16,351 bases of DNA, from positions 1-16,351 of the IMG/VR virus record IMGVR_UViG_3300042922_000430; one strand, 5' to 3'. The translations under genes were made by a program, and so were the position numbers. The DNA comes from a virus. Shown piece after piece: positions 1-7,366 of the stretch (positions are counted from its first letter, which is position 1; each line of letters begins with the position of its first letter). The notes beneath the pieces were generated by a model that did no database searches, was not told the DNA's origin, and was given only the letters and a program-made list of their open reading frames with translations.

Positions 1-127
1 TCCTCGAGCGGCTCCGCGCCGGCGACCCCGAGATGGGCGGCGTCGACTTCGCGGTGGCGGACGACACCCCGTGGGGACTCGTCGAGAACGAGGACACGGC
101 GATCGAGCTGCTCAAGAGCGTGCACCC
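1..127 (+). repeat. Terminal overlap, copy A (identical to 16225..16351)
   Basis: Base-by-base comparison shows tcctcgagcggctccgcgcc...ctcaagagcgtgcaccc at both ends. It lies inside the terminase reading frame, so it is coding sequence seen twice. 127 is a commonly used maximal k-mer in de Bruijn assemblers, so this is most simply a circularisation overlap. Confidence 0.95.
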
Positions 128-833
128 CGGCGTCGGCACTCTGACGACGGAGCCGCTCATGCGCAAGCGGTGGCGCAGCATCCCGCGTCCCGAGTGGTCG
201 CGCGAGTACCTGTCGCTGTGGCCTGAGACGTTCGGAGAGCGCGCCGTGCCGCTCGAGTGGTGGACCAACACCGAGAAGTCACAGATGCCCCGCCGGCCGC
301 GTCGCGTCGCGTTCGGCATCGCCATCAAGCCCGGAGGATCGGTCGCGGCCGTCGTCGCCGCGTGGCGCGACGCCAAGAAGCGCGCCGTCATCGAGGTCGT
401 CGATCACCGCCCCGGGACGCTGTGGCTCCCGAAGCGGCTCCAGGAGCTATCGCGCACCTACCCCGGCTCGTCGATCGCATACGACGACATCGGCGAGGGG
501 AAGGCCACCGCGCTCGAGACGGCACGCCTCCGCCCGAAGCCCCGCCTCCAGATGCAGACCTACCGCGAGACTGCGGCCGGCAGCATCCAGTTCCTCCGCG
601 ACCTCGAGCGCGGCTCGCTCGTGCACTTCCACGGGCAGGTGGGCCTCGACTCCGCCGTAGAGCACGCGGCGAAGCGGTACGTCGGGAACGACCAGAACGT
701 GTGGCTATTTACGCCGATGGAACGAAGCGATGACATCACCTGCCTCGACGCAGCCGTGCGCGCGCTGCGCAACTGGGACCAGCACCACGACAGCAAGAAG
801 GGTTCGGACGACATGGGGATCGTGACCGCATGA
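1..833 (+). CDS. terL: Terminase large subunit, 3' portion (nuclease domain); continues from 15342/15531..16224 across the circular junction (codon phase: first full codon starts at base 3)
   Basis: The frame of ORF 33..833 is open back to base 1 and is in phase with the open frame at the window end. GC3 is very high. Acidic nuclease-type motifs are present (VAFGIAIKPGG, SIAYDDIGEG, SDDITCLDAAVRAL). TGA at 831-833 overlaps the next ATG (ATGA). Confidence 0.9.
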   Translation, partial: LERLRAGDPEMGGVDFAVADDTPWGLVENEDTAIELLKSVHPGVGTLTTEPLMRKRWRSIPRPEWSREYLSLWPETFGERAVPLEWWTNTEKSQMPRRPRRVAFGIAIKPGGSVAAVVAAWRDAKKRAVIEVVDHRPGTLWLPKRLQELSRTYPGSSIAYDDIGEGKATALETARLRPKPRLQMQTYRETAAGSIQFLRDLERGSLVHFHGQVGLDSAVEHAAKRYVGNDQNVWLFTPMERSDDITCLDAAVRALRNWDQHHDSKKGSDDMGIVTA

Positions 834-1057
834 CCGCGAAGATCACGCGCGAGGTAACGCGCAACGGCGACGAGGTTCGCTACGTGCACTCGTTCTGCGA
901 CCAGTGCAGCTACTGGCACGCGTTCGCATGGTCGCTCGAGGAGGCGTACGGCCAGGGTGAGCGGCACGTCGAGAACGTGCACGACGTCGACCCTCGCACC
1001 GCCTCGACCGCGCGCCGCGTCGCCAACTCTCGACGCACCGCGCCAGCGGACGCATGA
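830..1057 (+). CDS. Hypothetical small protein (75 aa) with a C-x2-C ... H cluster (FCDQCSYWHAF)
   Basis: ATGA overlap with the terL stop and with the next gene. High GC3 in this frame. No recognisable family. Confidence 0.6.
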   Translation: MTAKITREVTRNGDEVRYVHSFCDQCSYWHAFAWSLEEAYGQGERHVENVHDVDPRTASTARRVANSRRTAPADA

Positions 1058-1269
1058 CACAGCCCGTCATGGTCATGTTCACGGGGTCGGTCGTGCCGGC
1101 CGGCCCCGTCGACGTCGCCGACCTCCGGGCCTTCGTCGCCGCGTACGTGTGCGGGCCGGGATGCGACTACGACCCGCGCCGGCTCGTCGCCGAGAACTGC
1201 CACTCATTCTCGACGCGGATGGTGCCGCTCGAGCCCACCCTGCTCGACCTCATCGGGTGGCGCGGGTAG
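1054..1269 (+). CDS. Hypothetical small protein (71 aa)
   Basis: ATG at 1054 overlaps the upstream stop (ATGA). High GC3. Followed by a 55-bp lower-GC gap before the portal gene. Confidence 0.6.
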   Translation: MTQPVMVMFTGSVVPAGPVDVADLRAFVAAYVCGPGCDYDPRRLVAENCHSFSTRMVPLEPTLLDLIGWRG

Positions 1270-1324
1270 CACCGACACGCCGCGCGCCGGGGAGATGTAA
1301 CACCTTCTCCGGATCGTTATCCCC

Positions 1325-2374
1325 GTGAAGTTGTCGACCAAGCTAGCGCTCCTCGATCGAGTGACGCGCACCGCGGCCTCCCCGTCCGGTTCGACGACCA
1401 GCGGCATCGTCAGCCCGTGGAGTGACGGTCAGCTCGAGCAGTTCGTGTGGGCCGACATTCTCGGCGTCAACACGATCCCGGTCACTCGCAAGGAGGCGAT
1501 GAGCGTGCCGGCGGTCGCCGCAGCTCGTCACCGGATCATCCAGCTCGCCGACCGCCCGCTGCGCGCTCTGCGCGGCGCGGAGGACGTCTCGTCGCAGCAG
1601 TCGTGGCTCTACCGCACGGACACGACGGAGACGCCGTGGGAGCGCATGGCGCACACGCTCGACGACTGGATTTTCTACCCGTGGTCGCTGTGGCTGCTCG
1701 CTCGCGGCTCCGCACCTGACGGCACGCTCGGCCCGGTGCAGGACGCCCGCCACGTGCCCTACGACCGCTGGAGCGTCGACAAGGACGGCGTCGTGCACGT
1801 CGACAAGAAGCCCGTGCCGGCCGGCGAGTACAAGCTGCTGCGCGGCCCGTTCGACGGGCTGCTCACGGTTGCCTCCGAGACGATCCGCGCGGCGAAGTCG
1901 ATCGAGCGGGCATGGGCGTCGCGTGTCCGGAACCCCACGCCGACCGTGATCCTCGAGGAGAAGAACGACGGCGACTTCACGAAGCGCGAGGCGAGCAAGT
2001 ACGTGACCGCCGTAGCGGAGGCGCTGAGCAGCCCGGACGGTGCGATTTTCTTCGCGCCGGCGAAGGTGAATGTTCGCCTCGAGGCCGGCGAAGCGCCGAA
2101 CGTCCTGATGGACGCGCGCAACGCTGTGCGCATCGACATCGCGAACTATCTCAACCTGAACGCCTCCGCCCTCGACGGCGCTAAGCCGCAGTCGTCGCTC
2201 ACGTACGAGACGCAGGAGACGGAGGCGACGGAGCTGCAAGATCGCCTCGCGTTCTGGACGGCTCCCCTCGAGCACGCGCTGTCGACGGACGACATGGTGC
2301 CGCGCGGCACCCGCGTGCGGTTCGACTTCGCCACGACCACCCCGGCGCAGACCGGCACACCCACGGAGGACTGA
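1325..2374 (+). CDS. Portal protein (349 aa, GTG start)
   Basis: Positioned between terminase and the protease/capsid gene. Portal-like N-terminal region (KEAMSVPAVAAARHRIIQLADRPLRAL, SWLYRTD, TPWERMAHTLDDWIFYPWSLWLL). The stop overlaps the capsid gene start (TGATG). The start codon is uncertain because the RBS is weak. Confidence 0.8.
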   Translation: MKLSTKLALLDRVTRTAASPSGSTTSGIVSPWSDGQLEQFVWADILGVNTIPVTRKEAMSVPAVAAARHRIIQLADRPLRALRGAEDVSSQQSWLYRTDTTETPWERMAHTLDDWIFYPWSLWLLARGSAPDGTLGPVQDARHVPYDRWSVDKDGVVHVDKKPVPAGEYKLLRGPFDGLLTVASETIRAAKSIERAWASRVRNPTPTVILEEKNDGDFTKREASKYVTAVAEALSSPDGAIFFAPAKVNVRLEAGEAPNVLMDARNAVRIDIANYLNLNASALDGAKPQSSLTYETQETEATELQDRLAFWTAPLEHALSTDDMVPRGTRVRFDFATTTPAQTGTPTED

Positions 2375-4044
2375 TGGACGACCTGATCGAGATCGAGGGC
2401 GGCGAGGTACTCGCCAACCTCGACGACCGCACCATCACGGGACTGCTCGTCCCGTACAACGAGATCGGCCGCACGAACGTCGGCATGTTCGAGGTCACGG
2501 CCGGCGTGCTCGAGCTGCCGGCCGATCCGTCCCTGATGTCGCTCAACCTCGACCACGACCGCTACAGCCCGGTCGGGCGCGCGACCCGCGTGTGGGAGGA
2601 GCCGCGCGGCATCATGGCGACCTTCACGATCCCGAAGACCCCCGCCGGCGACGCCGCACTGGCAGACGCTCGCGACCCGAACGGTAAGCGCCGGCGGCTG
2701 TCGGGTGAGTTCCGGACGGGCATCAAGGCCGGCAAGGCGACCGGAGGCCCGCTCGCCGCCGGCGCGCTCGTCGAGCAGGGCGCGTTCGCGTCCGCGATGG
2801 TGCTCGCCGCCGACACCCCCGACCCCTACACCGCCCCTGAGGCCAGCAGCTCGAGCAAGTACATCACCGAGTACACCGACGACGAGGGCAACACCTGGCG
2901 TCGCGTCGAGGAGAACACCAGCACGACCACCGTGACCCAAGTCACGGGCGAACCCAACGAAGAACAGGAGGCCGACGTGGCCGATCAGAACACCACCGAT
3001 GTGCAGGCCACCGTCAGCCTCCCCGGCGACGGCCCCGCGATCACCGCCCCGCGCGTGAACAAGCAGGAGGTGCTCGCCGCGATCTCGTCGCTGCGCAAGA
3101 ACCCCTTTGACCAGGGCTCGCGCGAAGTGCTCGCCGCGCTGAGCGACATCAAGATCAGCGGCGCGGGCGCGCTCCCCGCCGCCGGCGTGATCCAGCAGAG
3201 CTGGCTCGGCCGAATCGATCTCGGCGAGACGTACGTCCGCGAGTACATCAACCTGTGCAAGCTCGGCACCGACATCAGCGCCGGCGGCAAGAAGGGCTTC
3301 AAGTTCCGCCGCGGCACGACCGGCAACCCCACCTGGGGCGACGGCACCTGGGCCGGCAACAAGACCGAGATCAACTCCGGGGTCGGTCACACGGTCACGT
3401 CCGAATCGACCCTCGAGCGGTACGCCCGCGGCGCCGACATCGGCCGGGAATTCTTCGATCTCCCCGGCGGCTCCGAGGTCGTCGAGGCGTTCCTCGCCGA
3501 GCTCGAGACGGACTACCTCATGTGGTCGGACGAGAAGGCTCGCGCCCTCATCGTGGCGACCGCCGGCGCTCCGATCGCCCCGTCGGTCTACCCCGGCGTC
3601 GACGGCCACGACTACGCCGGCGCGATGGGCCAGCTCATCCAGGGCATCCTCGCCGTGAAGCGCCGCAAGGCAGACGGTCGCCGCGACACCCCGACGTTCT
3701 CGATCGCGAACACGCTCGCGTTCGAGGAGCTGATCTACACGCCCAAGGATCTCGTTCCCGAGTTCGTGAACATCAGCGTCGGACTCGACGGCACGGCCAC
3801 CGTCGAGGGCCGCAACGGCCGCGTCACGGTCGTGCAGGGCGACACCGGCGTCGAGGACACCTCGAGCGTCATCGTCGGCGCGGACTACGCGATCGAGTTC
3901 GACGAGCTGCCCGGAGGCCCGCTCCACGTCAACGCACTCGAGATCGCGAAGGGTGGCGTCGACGAGGCCGTGCACGGCTACCTCCAGAAGTTCGTGCGCC
4001 GCCCCGAGGCGCTCGTGCACATCGGCACCCCCGACGCGCCCTGA
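2374..4044 (+). CDS. Prohead protease (HK97/S78-like) - linker/scaffold - major capsid protein fusion (556 aa)
   Basis: The N-terminal ~115 aa follow the S78/U35 prohead protease pattern (ITGLLVPYNEIG..., LNLDHDRYSPVGRA with His, GIMATFTIPKT, RRRLSGEF with Ser). Next comes an acidic/Thr-rich linker (...EPNEEQEADVADQNTTDVQ...). A ~350-aa capsid-sized C-terminal domain follows. No separate protease, scaffold or capsid gene exists elsewhere in the genome. Confidence 0.85.
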   Translation: MDDLIEIEGGEVLANLDDRTITGLLVPYNEIGRTNVGMFEVTAGVLELPADPSLMSLNLDHDRYSPVGRATRVWEEPRGIMATFTIPKTPAGDAALADARDPNGKRRRLSGEFRTGIKAGKATGGPLAAGALVEQGAFASAMVLAADTPDPYTAPEASSSSKYITEYTDDEGNTWRRVEENTSTTTVTQVTGEPNEEQEADVADQNTTDVQATVSLPGDGPAITAPRVNKQEVLAAISSLRKNPFDQGSREVLAALSDIKISGAGALPAAGVIQQSWLGRIDLGETYVREYINLCKLGTDISAGGKKGFKFRRGTTGNPTWGDGTWAGNKTEINSGVGHTVTSESTLERYARGADIGREFFDLPGGSEVVEAFLAELETDYLMWSDEKARALIVATAGAPIAPSVYPGVDGHDYAGAMGQLIQGILAVKRRKADGRRDTPTFSIANTLAFEELIYTPKDLVPEFVNISVGLDGTATVEGRNGRVTVVQGDTGVEDTSSVIVGADYAIEFDELPGGPLHVNALEIAKGGVDEAVHGYLQKFVRRPEALVHIGTPDAP

Positions 4045-4046
4045 CC

Positions 4047-4089
4047 CGGTACGGCCCGCGCTGCCGGCACACCAGCGCGGGCCGTATCG
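4047..4089 (+). terminator. Strong GC-rich hairpin immediately after the capsid gene (terminator/attenuator or RNA-stability element)
   Basis: Perfect 13-bp stem acggcccgcgctg (4051-4063) / cagcgcgggccgt (4073-4085) with a 9-nt loop. It is extendable to ~17 bp with one G.T pair. It lies in the 77-bp gap between the capsid stop (4044) and the next RBS (gcgaggag, 4107-4114). There is no U-tract. Confidence 0.5.
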
Positions 4090-4121
4090 CCCACCCCACC
4101 CACCAAGCGAGGAGCGTCCCC

Positions 4122-4469
4122 ATGGCCCTTGAATGGCTCACGCCTGACGAAGTGCTCGAGCGCTGGAGCGACGCCGAAAGCATCGACGACGACATGCTCC
4201 AGGAGATGCTCGACGCCGCCAAGGACGCGTGCGTGGCGTGGCTCCCGGAGGAGGACGACCCGGAGTGTCCCAGCGACTCGTCGATCCGTCTCGCACAGCT
4301 CACGCTCGTGCGCGGCATGTGGAACGACGCTCTCGCCGACGAGGCCGGATCGATTGGCGCGGAAGGGTTCGACTACAGCCCGCCGTGGCTCGCCCGCGAG
4401 GCGCGTCGCATGATGCGCCCGCAGCGGGGCGGCACGCCGGCGACCGGCCACGATCGCGAGGGCGACTGA
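4122..4469 (+). CDS. Head-tail connector/adaptor, gp6-like (115 aa)
   Basis: ATG 4122 is preceded by GAGGAG. The N-terminus (LTPDEVLERWSDAESIDDDMLQEMLDAAKDACVAWL) fits the gp6-like connector pattern. It is the first gene after the capsid gene. The long ORF 3255..4469 upstream of 4122 overlaps the capsid gene out of frame and is discounted. Confidence 0.75.
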   Translation: MALEWLTPDEVLERWSDAESIDDDMLQEMLDAAKDACVAWLPEEDDPECPSDSSIRLAQLTLVRGMWNDALADEAGSIGAEGFDYSPPWLAREARRMMRPQRGGTPATGHDREGD

Positions 4470-4852
4470 TGGCCGGCTACGCGGAGCTGCGCGCGCGCCT
4501 CGAGAACGAGCTACTCGCGGACATCGAGCCGGGACGGTTCCAGTGGGTGCCCGTGCAGCGAAAGCTCGACCGCCTCGCGAAGCCCACCCTCATGCTCAAG
4601 CTCGCCGGCGTCGCGCGCTCCACGGTCGCGCAGGGCGTGCTCGTGCCGACGTTCGTGCTCACCGTCGTGTCGGAGCATCAAGACCCGTCACAGGCCGACG
4701 TCTCCCTCGACGAACTGCTCGACGAGCTGCTCGCCCCGATCCAGGCGATCCGTTGGGTCGCATTCCGCGGAGCCGAGAAGGCCGCGTTCCAGTCCAAGTA
4801 CACGTGCTACGACATCCAGCTCGAGGCACTCACCGCCATCAAGAAGGGGTAA
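4469..4852 (+). CDS. Head-tail joining / tail-terminator-like neck protein (127 aa); function inferred from position only
   Basis: ATG 4469 overlaps the upstream stop (TGATG). High GC3. Size and position are typical of neck proteins. Confidence 0.6.
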   Translation: MAGYAELRARLENELLADIEPGRFQWVPVQRKLDRLAKPTLMLKLAGVARSTVAQGVLVPTFVLTVVSEHQDPSQADVSLDELLDELLAPIQAIRWVAFRGAEKAAFQSKYTCYDIQLEALTAIKKG

Positions 4853-4855
4853 CCC

Positions 4856-5263
4856 ATGTTCGAACCGACGTTCCTCACCGAGTCCAAAGTCACGCTCGGC
4901 ACCAACGATTTCGAGGAGGAGGTTTCGGGGTTCAAGCTCACCCCGTCCTACGCCACTGCCACATTCAAGGGCCTCAAGCGTGGATCGAGTCACACCCGAT
5001 CCGGACTCGCCACGTGGGTGCTCACGATCAACTTCGGGCAGGACCACGAGTCCGCCACGTCCCTCTCGACGTACCTGCTCGAGCACGAGGGCGAGAAGCT
5101 GCCCTACAGCGTCGAGCCCCTCGACGGTGGCACCGCGTTCTCCGGCGAGCTGATCGCGCAGGCCGGCGAGATCGGCGGCGACGTCGACCAGTTCGGACAG
5201 GCGTCGGTCACGCTGCCCGTGCTCGGCACGCCGGAGCGCACGCCCGTCGCGGCCGCCGGCTGA
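4856..5263 (+). CDS. Putative major tail (tube) protein (135 aa)
   Basis: Good RBS (aagaagggg) 6-7 nt upstream of ATG 4856. Small beta-rich sequence (KVTLGTNDFEEEVSGFKLTPSYATATFKG..., ATWVLTINFGQD) in the tube-protein position upstream of the tape measure. The assignment is positional. Confidence 0.55.
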   Translation: MFEPTFLTESKVTLGTNDFEEEVSGFKLTPSYATATFKGLKRGSSHTRSGLATWVLTINFGQDHESATSLSTYLLEHEGEKLPYSVEPLDGGTAFSGELIAQAGEIGGDVDQFGQASVTLPVLGTPERTPVAAAG

Positions 5264-5283
5264 TCTCGGCTCAGGGGTTCCGG

Positions 5284-5790
5284 ATGCTCAAGGTCAGCGC
5301 GTACAGCAGCAGGGAGCTGCTGACCGTGCTGCGCGGGCTCCGGAACCTCGACCGGGAGGCCAGGAAGCACGCGCGGGGAAGCCTCCGCACAATGGCCGCG
5401 CAGGCGTGGCAGGAGCTGCTCTCGAGCAAGGCAGCGACCACGCTCGAGCGACTCGTGCTCGTCGCGACGGCGCGCGTGAAGGTGTCCGACCAGAACGTGC
5501 GACTGACGTCCGCCGCGATCGGTCGCAGCCGCTCGGGAGGGCTCAAGCCCTCCGAGGAGTACGGCGCGATCGAGTGGGGAGCCGACCGGGGCAAGCAGCG
5601 CCGCGTGCGCTCCCAGCGCCGTGGGACCGACTACACGTCGACCCGCCACACCACCCGGCAGCTCGAGCCGAACAAACGAGCCGGCCGCGTGGTCTATCCC
5701 GCCGCGGCGGAGATCATCCCGCGAATCCTCGCCATGTACGTCCAGACGTTCGTGCGATCCATACACGAAGCACTCGAGGGGAAAAGCTGA
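5284..5790 (+). CDS. HK97 gp10-like tail-completion/neck family protein (168 aa)
   Basis: RBS AGGGG lies 6 nt upstream of ATG 5284. gp10-like pattern: N-terminal SSRELLTVLRGLRNLDREARKHA, central EEYGAIEWGA, C-terminal GRVVYPAAAEIIPRILAMYVQTF. GC3 is uniformly high across the ORF, so it is a single frame. The stop overlaps the tape-measure ATG. Confidence 0.6.
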   Translation: MLKVSAYSSRELLTVLRGLRNLDREARKHARGSLRTMAAQAWQELLSSKAATTLERLVLVATARVKVSDQNVRLTSAAIGRSRSGGLKPSEEYGAIEWGADRGKQRRVRSQRRGTDYTSTRHTTRQLEPNKRAGRVVYPAAAEIIPRILAMYVQTFVRSIHEALEGKS

Positions 5791-7004
5791 TGCCAAAGGG
5801 CATTGATATCTCGGTCGCCGCCGACACGCGGGCGGCAATGTCGGGCATTCAGCGCGGCGTCATCGATCCGCTCACCGACGCCTCCGAGCTGCTCGAGAAG
5901 CTGGGCGACAAGAGCGACGACGCGACGCGGCAGCTCGAGGACGGGATGCGCGACGCACAGCGCCGAACGGACAGCGCGAAAGACGAGATCGCCGATCTCC
6001 GCGACGAGATCACCCGCGCCGGCCGCGCCGGCAAGTCCGCCGGCGACGACATCGACGACGGGTTCCGCAAAGCCGAGCAGGGCGCGGAGGAGTTCAAGGA
6101 CGAAGCCAACAGCACCGCCCGCGAGGCCGCGGCATCGTTCGACGGCTCGGCCGAATCGATCGCTGACATGTTCCAGGAGACGGCCGCGAACGCGTTTGTC
6201 GGGTTCGGTCCCGCCGGCGCTGTCGCCGGCCTCGCCGCCGCCGCCGGTATCGGTCTCGCCGTCAAGGGGTTCGAGGACATGGGCCTCGCGCAGGAGGCAT
6301 CCGAGGAGGCAGCGTCCGAGTGGGCGAACGCCTACATCGAGGCCGGCGGTCGCGTGCTCACGTCCGCAGTCACCACGGCGCGGGCGCTCGAGATCATCAC
6401 CGACACCGAGGGCCGGTTCAAGGAAGCGCAGGAGAACGCGAAGAACTGGGGCGTCGAGGTCGGGACCGCAGTCGCCGCGATGGCCGGCGAGACGTGGGCG
6501 CTGAACGCCGCGCAGCAGTCCCTCGCCGATCGATCGGCGGAGGCTGCCCGCCGGCTCGCCGAGCAGGAGACGCAAGTCGACAGCAGCGCCGGCGCAGCGT
6601 ACGACCTCGGAGACGCCGTCGAGGCCGGGCAGCGCTCCATGGAGAAGCTCACGGGCGAGATGGAGGCCGGCTCGCAGCGCGCCGACGCGTACTCGCAGTA
6701 CCTCGCCGAGATGGCGGCAAACACAGAGGGTGCAACGCGCGAGGTCGACGAATTCGGAGACGCCGTGTACAGCCTCCCGGACGGCTCGAAAGTCTACGTC
6801 GACGCGGAGACGGGTCAAGCGACGAGCGACATCGACGCCATCGAACGCAAGATTTACAGCACGGACGGGATGCAAGCGACGGTGCATGTGAACGCCCGAG
6901 TGAACCGCACAGCGGTCGACGATCTGATCTGGCAGCTCCGCAACAACACCTTCGACATGAAGGTGCGAACGCAGGGCTCTCGAGCGGGGGTGCCGTTCGC
7001 ATGA
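5790..7004 (+). CDS. Tape measure protein (404 aa, short)
   Basis: Long Ala/Glu/Asp-rich predicted coiled coil. It carries an internal Gly/Ala hydrophobic segment (FVGFGPAGAVAGLAAAAGIGLAV). It is the largest helical protein and sits directly upstream of the tail-tip genes. Confidence 0.8.
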   Translation: MPKGIDISVAADTRAAMSGIQRGVIDPLTDASELLEKLGDKSDDATRQLEDGMRDAQRRTDSAKDEIADLRDEITRAGRAGKSAGDDIDDGFRKAEQGAEEFKDEANSTAREAAASFDGSAESIADMFQETAANAFVGFGPAGAVAGLAAAAGIGLAVKGFEDMGLAQEASEEAASEWANAYIEAGGRVLTSAVTTARALEIITDTEGRFKEAQENAKNWGVEVGTAVAAMAGETWALNAAQQSLADRSAEAARRLAEQETQVDSSAGAAYDLGDAVEAGQRSMEKLTGEMEAGSQRADAYSQYLAEMAANTEGATREVDEFGDAVYSLPDGSKVYVDAETGQATSDIDAIERKIYSTDGMQATVHVNARVNRTAVDDLIWQLRNNTFDMKVRTQGSRAGVPFA

Positions 7005-7366
7005 CGACAATCACCTACGCCGGCGGCACTGCGATCGTTCCCGACATCGCGGCCGTCCAGTCAGCATCACTCCGCTCCCGATCGCGCGTCAAGTCGCACG
7101 AAATCCTCGACGGCCCCCCCGTACACACGCTGCGCCCCGCATCCCCATCGACGGGAGAACTGCGTCTCGTATTCGACGCCGCAATCGCCGCGGCCGACTG
7201 CTACACCGCGCACCAGCTCCCGGCCGTGTTCACCCTCACCGACCCCGACGTGTCGGTGCTGAACTTCCGCTACGTCCTCCAGGACGGCGGCGAAGCACGC
7301 CTCGAGCTGGACCCAGACACGCAGTCGACGTGGGTCGTCGTCGTGCCCTACCAGGCGGTGATCTGA
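7001..7366 (+). CDS. Minor tail protein (121 aa; distal-tail position)
   Basis: ATGA overlap with the tape-measure stop. High GC3. The call is positional only. Confidence 0.6.
   Translation: MTTITYAGGTAIVPDIAAVQSASLRSRSRVKSHEILDGPPVHTLRPASPSTGELRLVFDAAIAAADCYTAHQLPAVFTLTDPDVSVLNFRYVLQDGGEARLELDPDTQSTWVVVVPYQAVI

Noticed and set aside
257-733. 158-aa alternative-frame ORF inside terL (and the similar 5803..6504 and 957..1328)
   Set aside because: The translations are dominated by Arg, Pro and Ala, typical of off-frame reading of GC-rich genes. The overlapping frame carries the terminase nuclease motifs.
2146-4020. 624-aa ORF on the minus strand, the longest ORF in the track
   Set aside because: It is exactly antisense to the well-supported protease/capsid gene. 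Its translation is low-complexity and rich in Arg, Ala, Gly, Val and Asp. Long antisense ORFs are an expected by-product of very high third-position GC in the sense frame.
5776-5792. GGGAAAA run just before the stop of 5284..5790 as a -1 frameshift site that would fuse the gp10-like protein to the tape measure (whose frame is open upstream to 5406)
   Set aside because: The heptamer is in the wrong phase (GGG AAA A rather than G GGA AAA), so A-site re-pairing would fail. The upstream openness of the tape-measure frame is ordinary for GC-rich DNA. The tape measure has its own ATG overlapping the stop.
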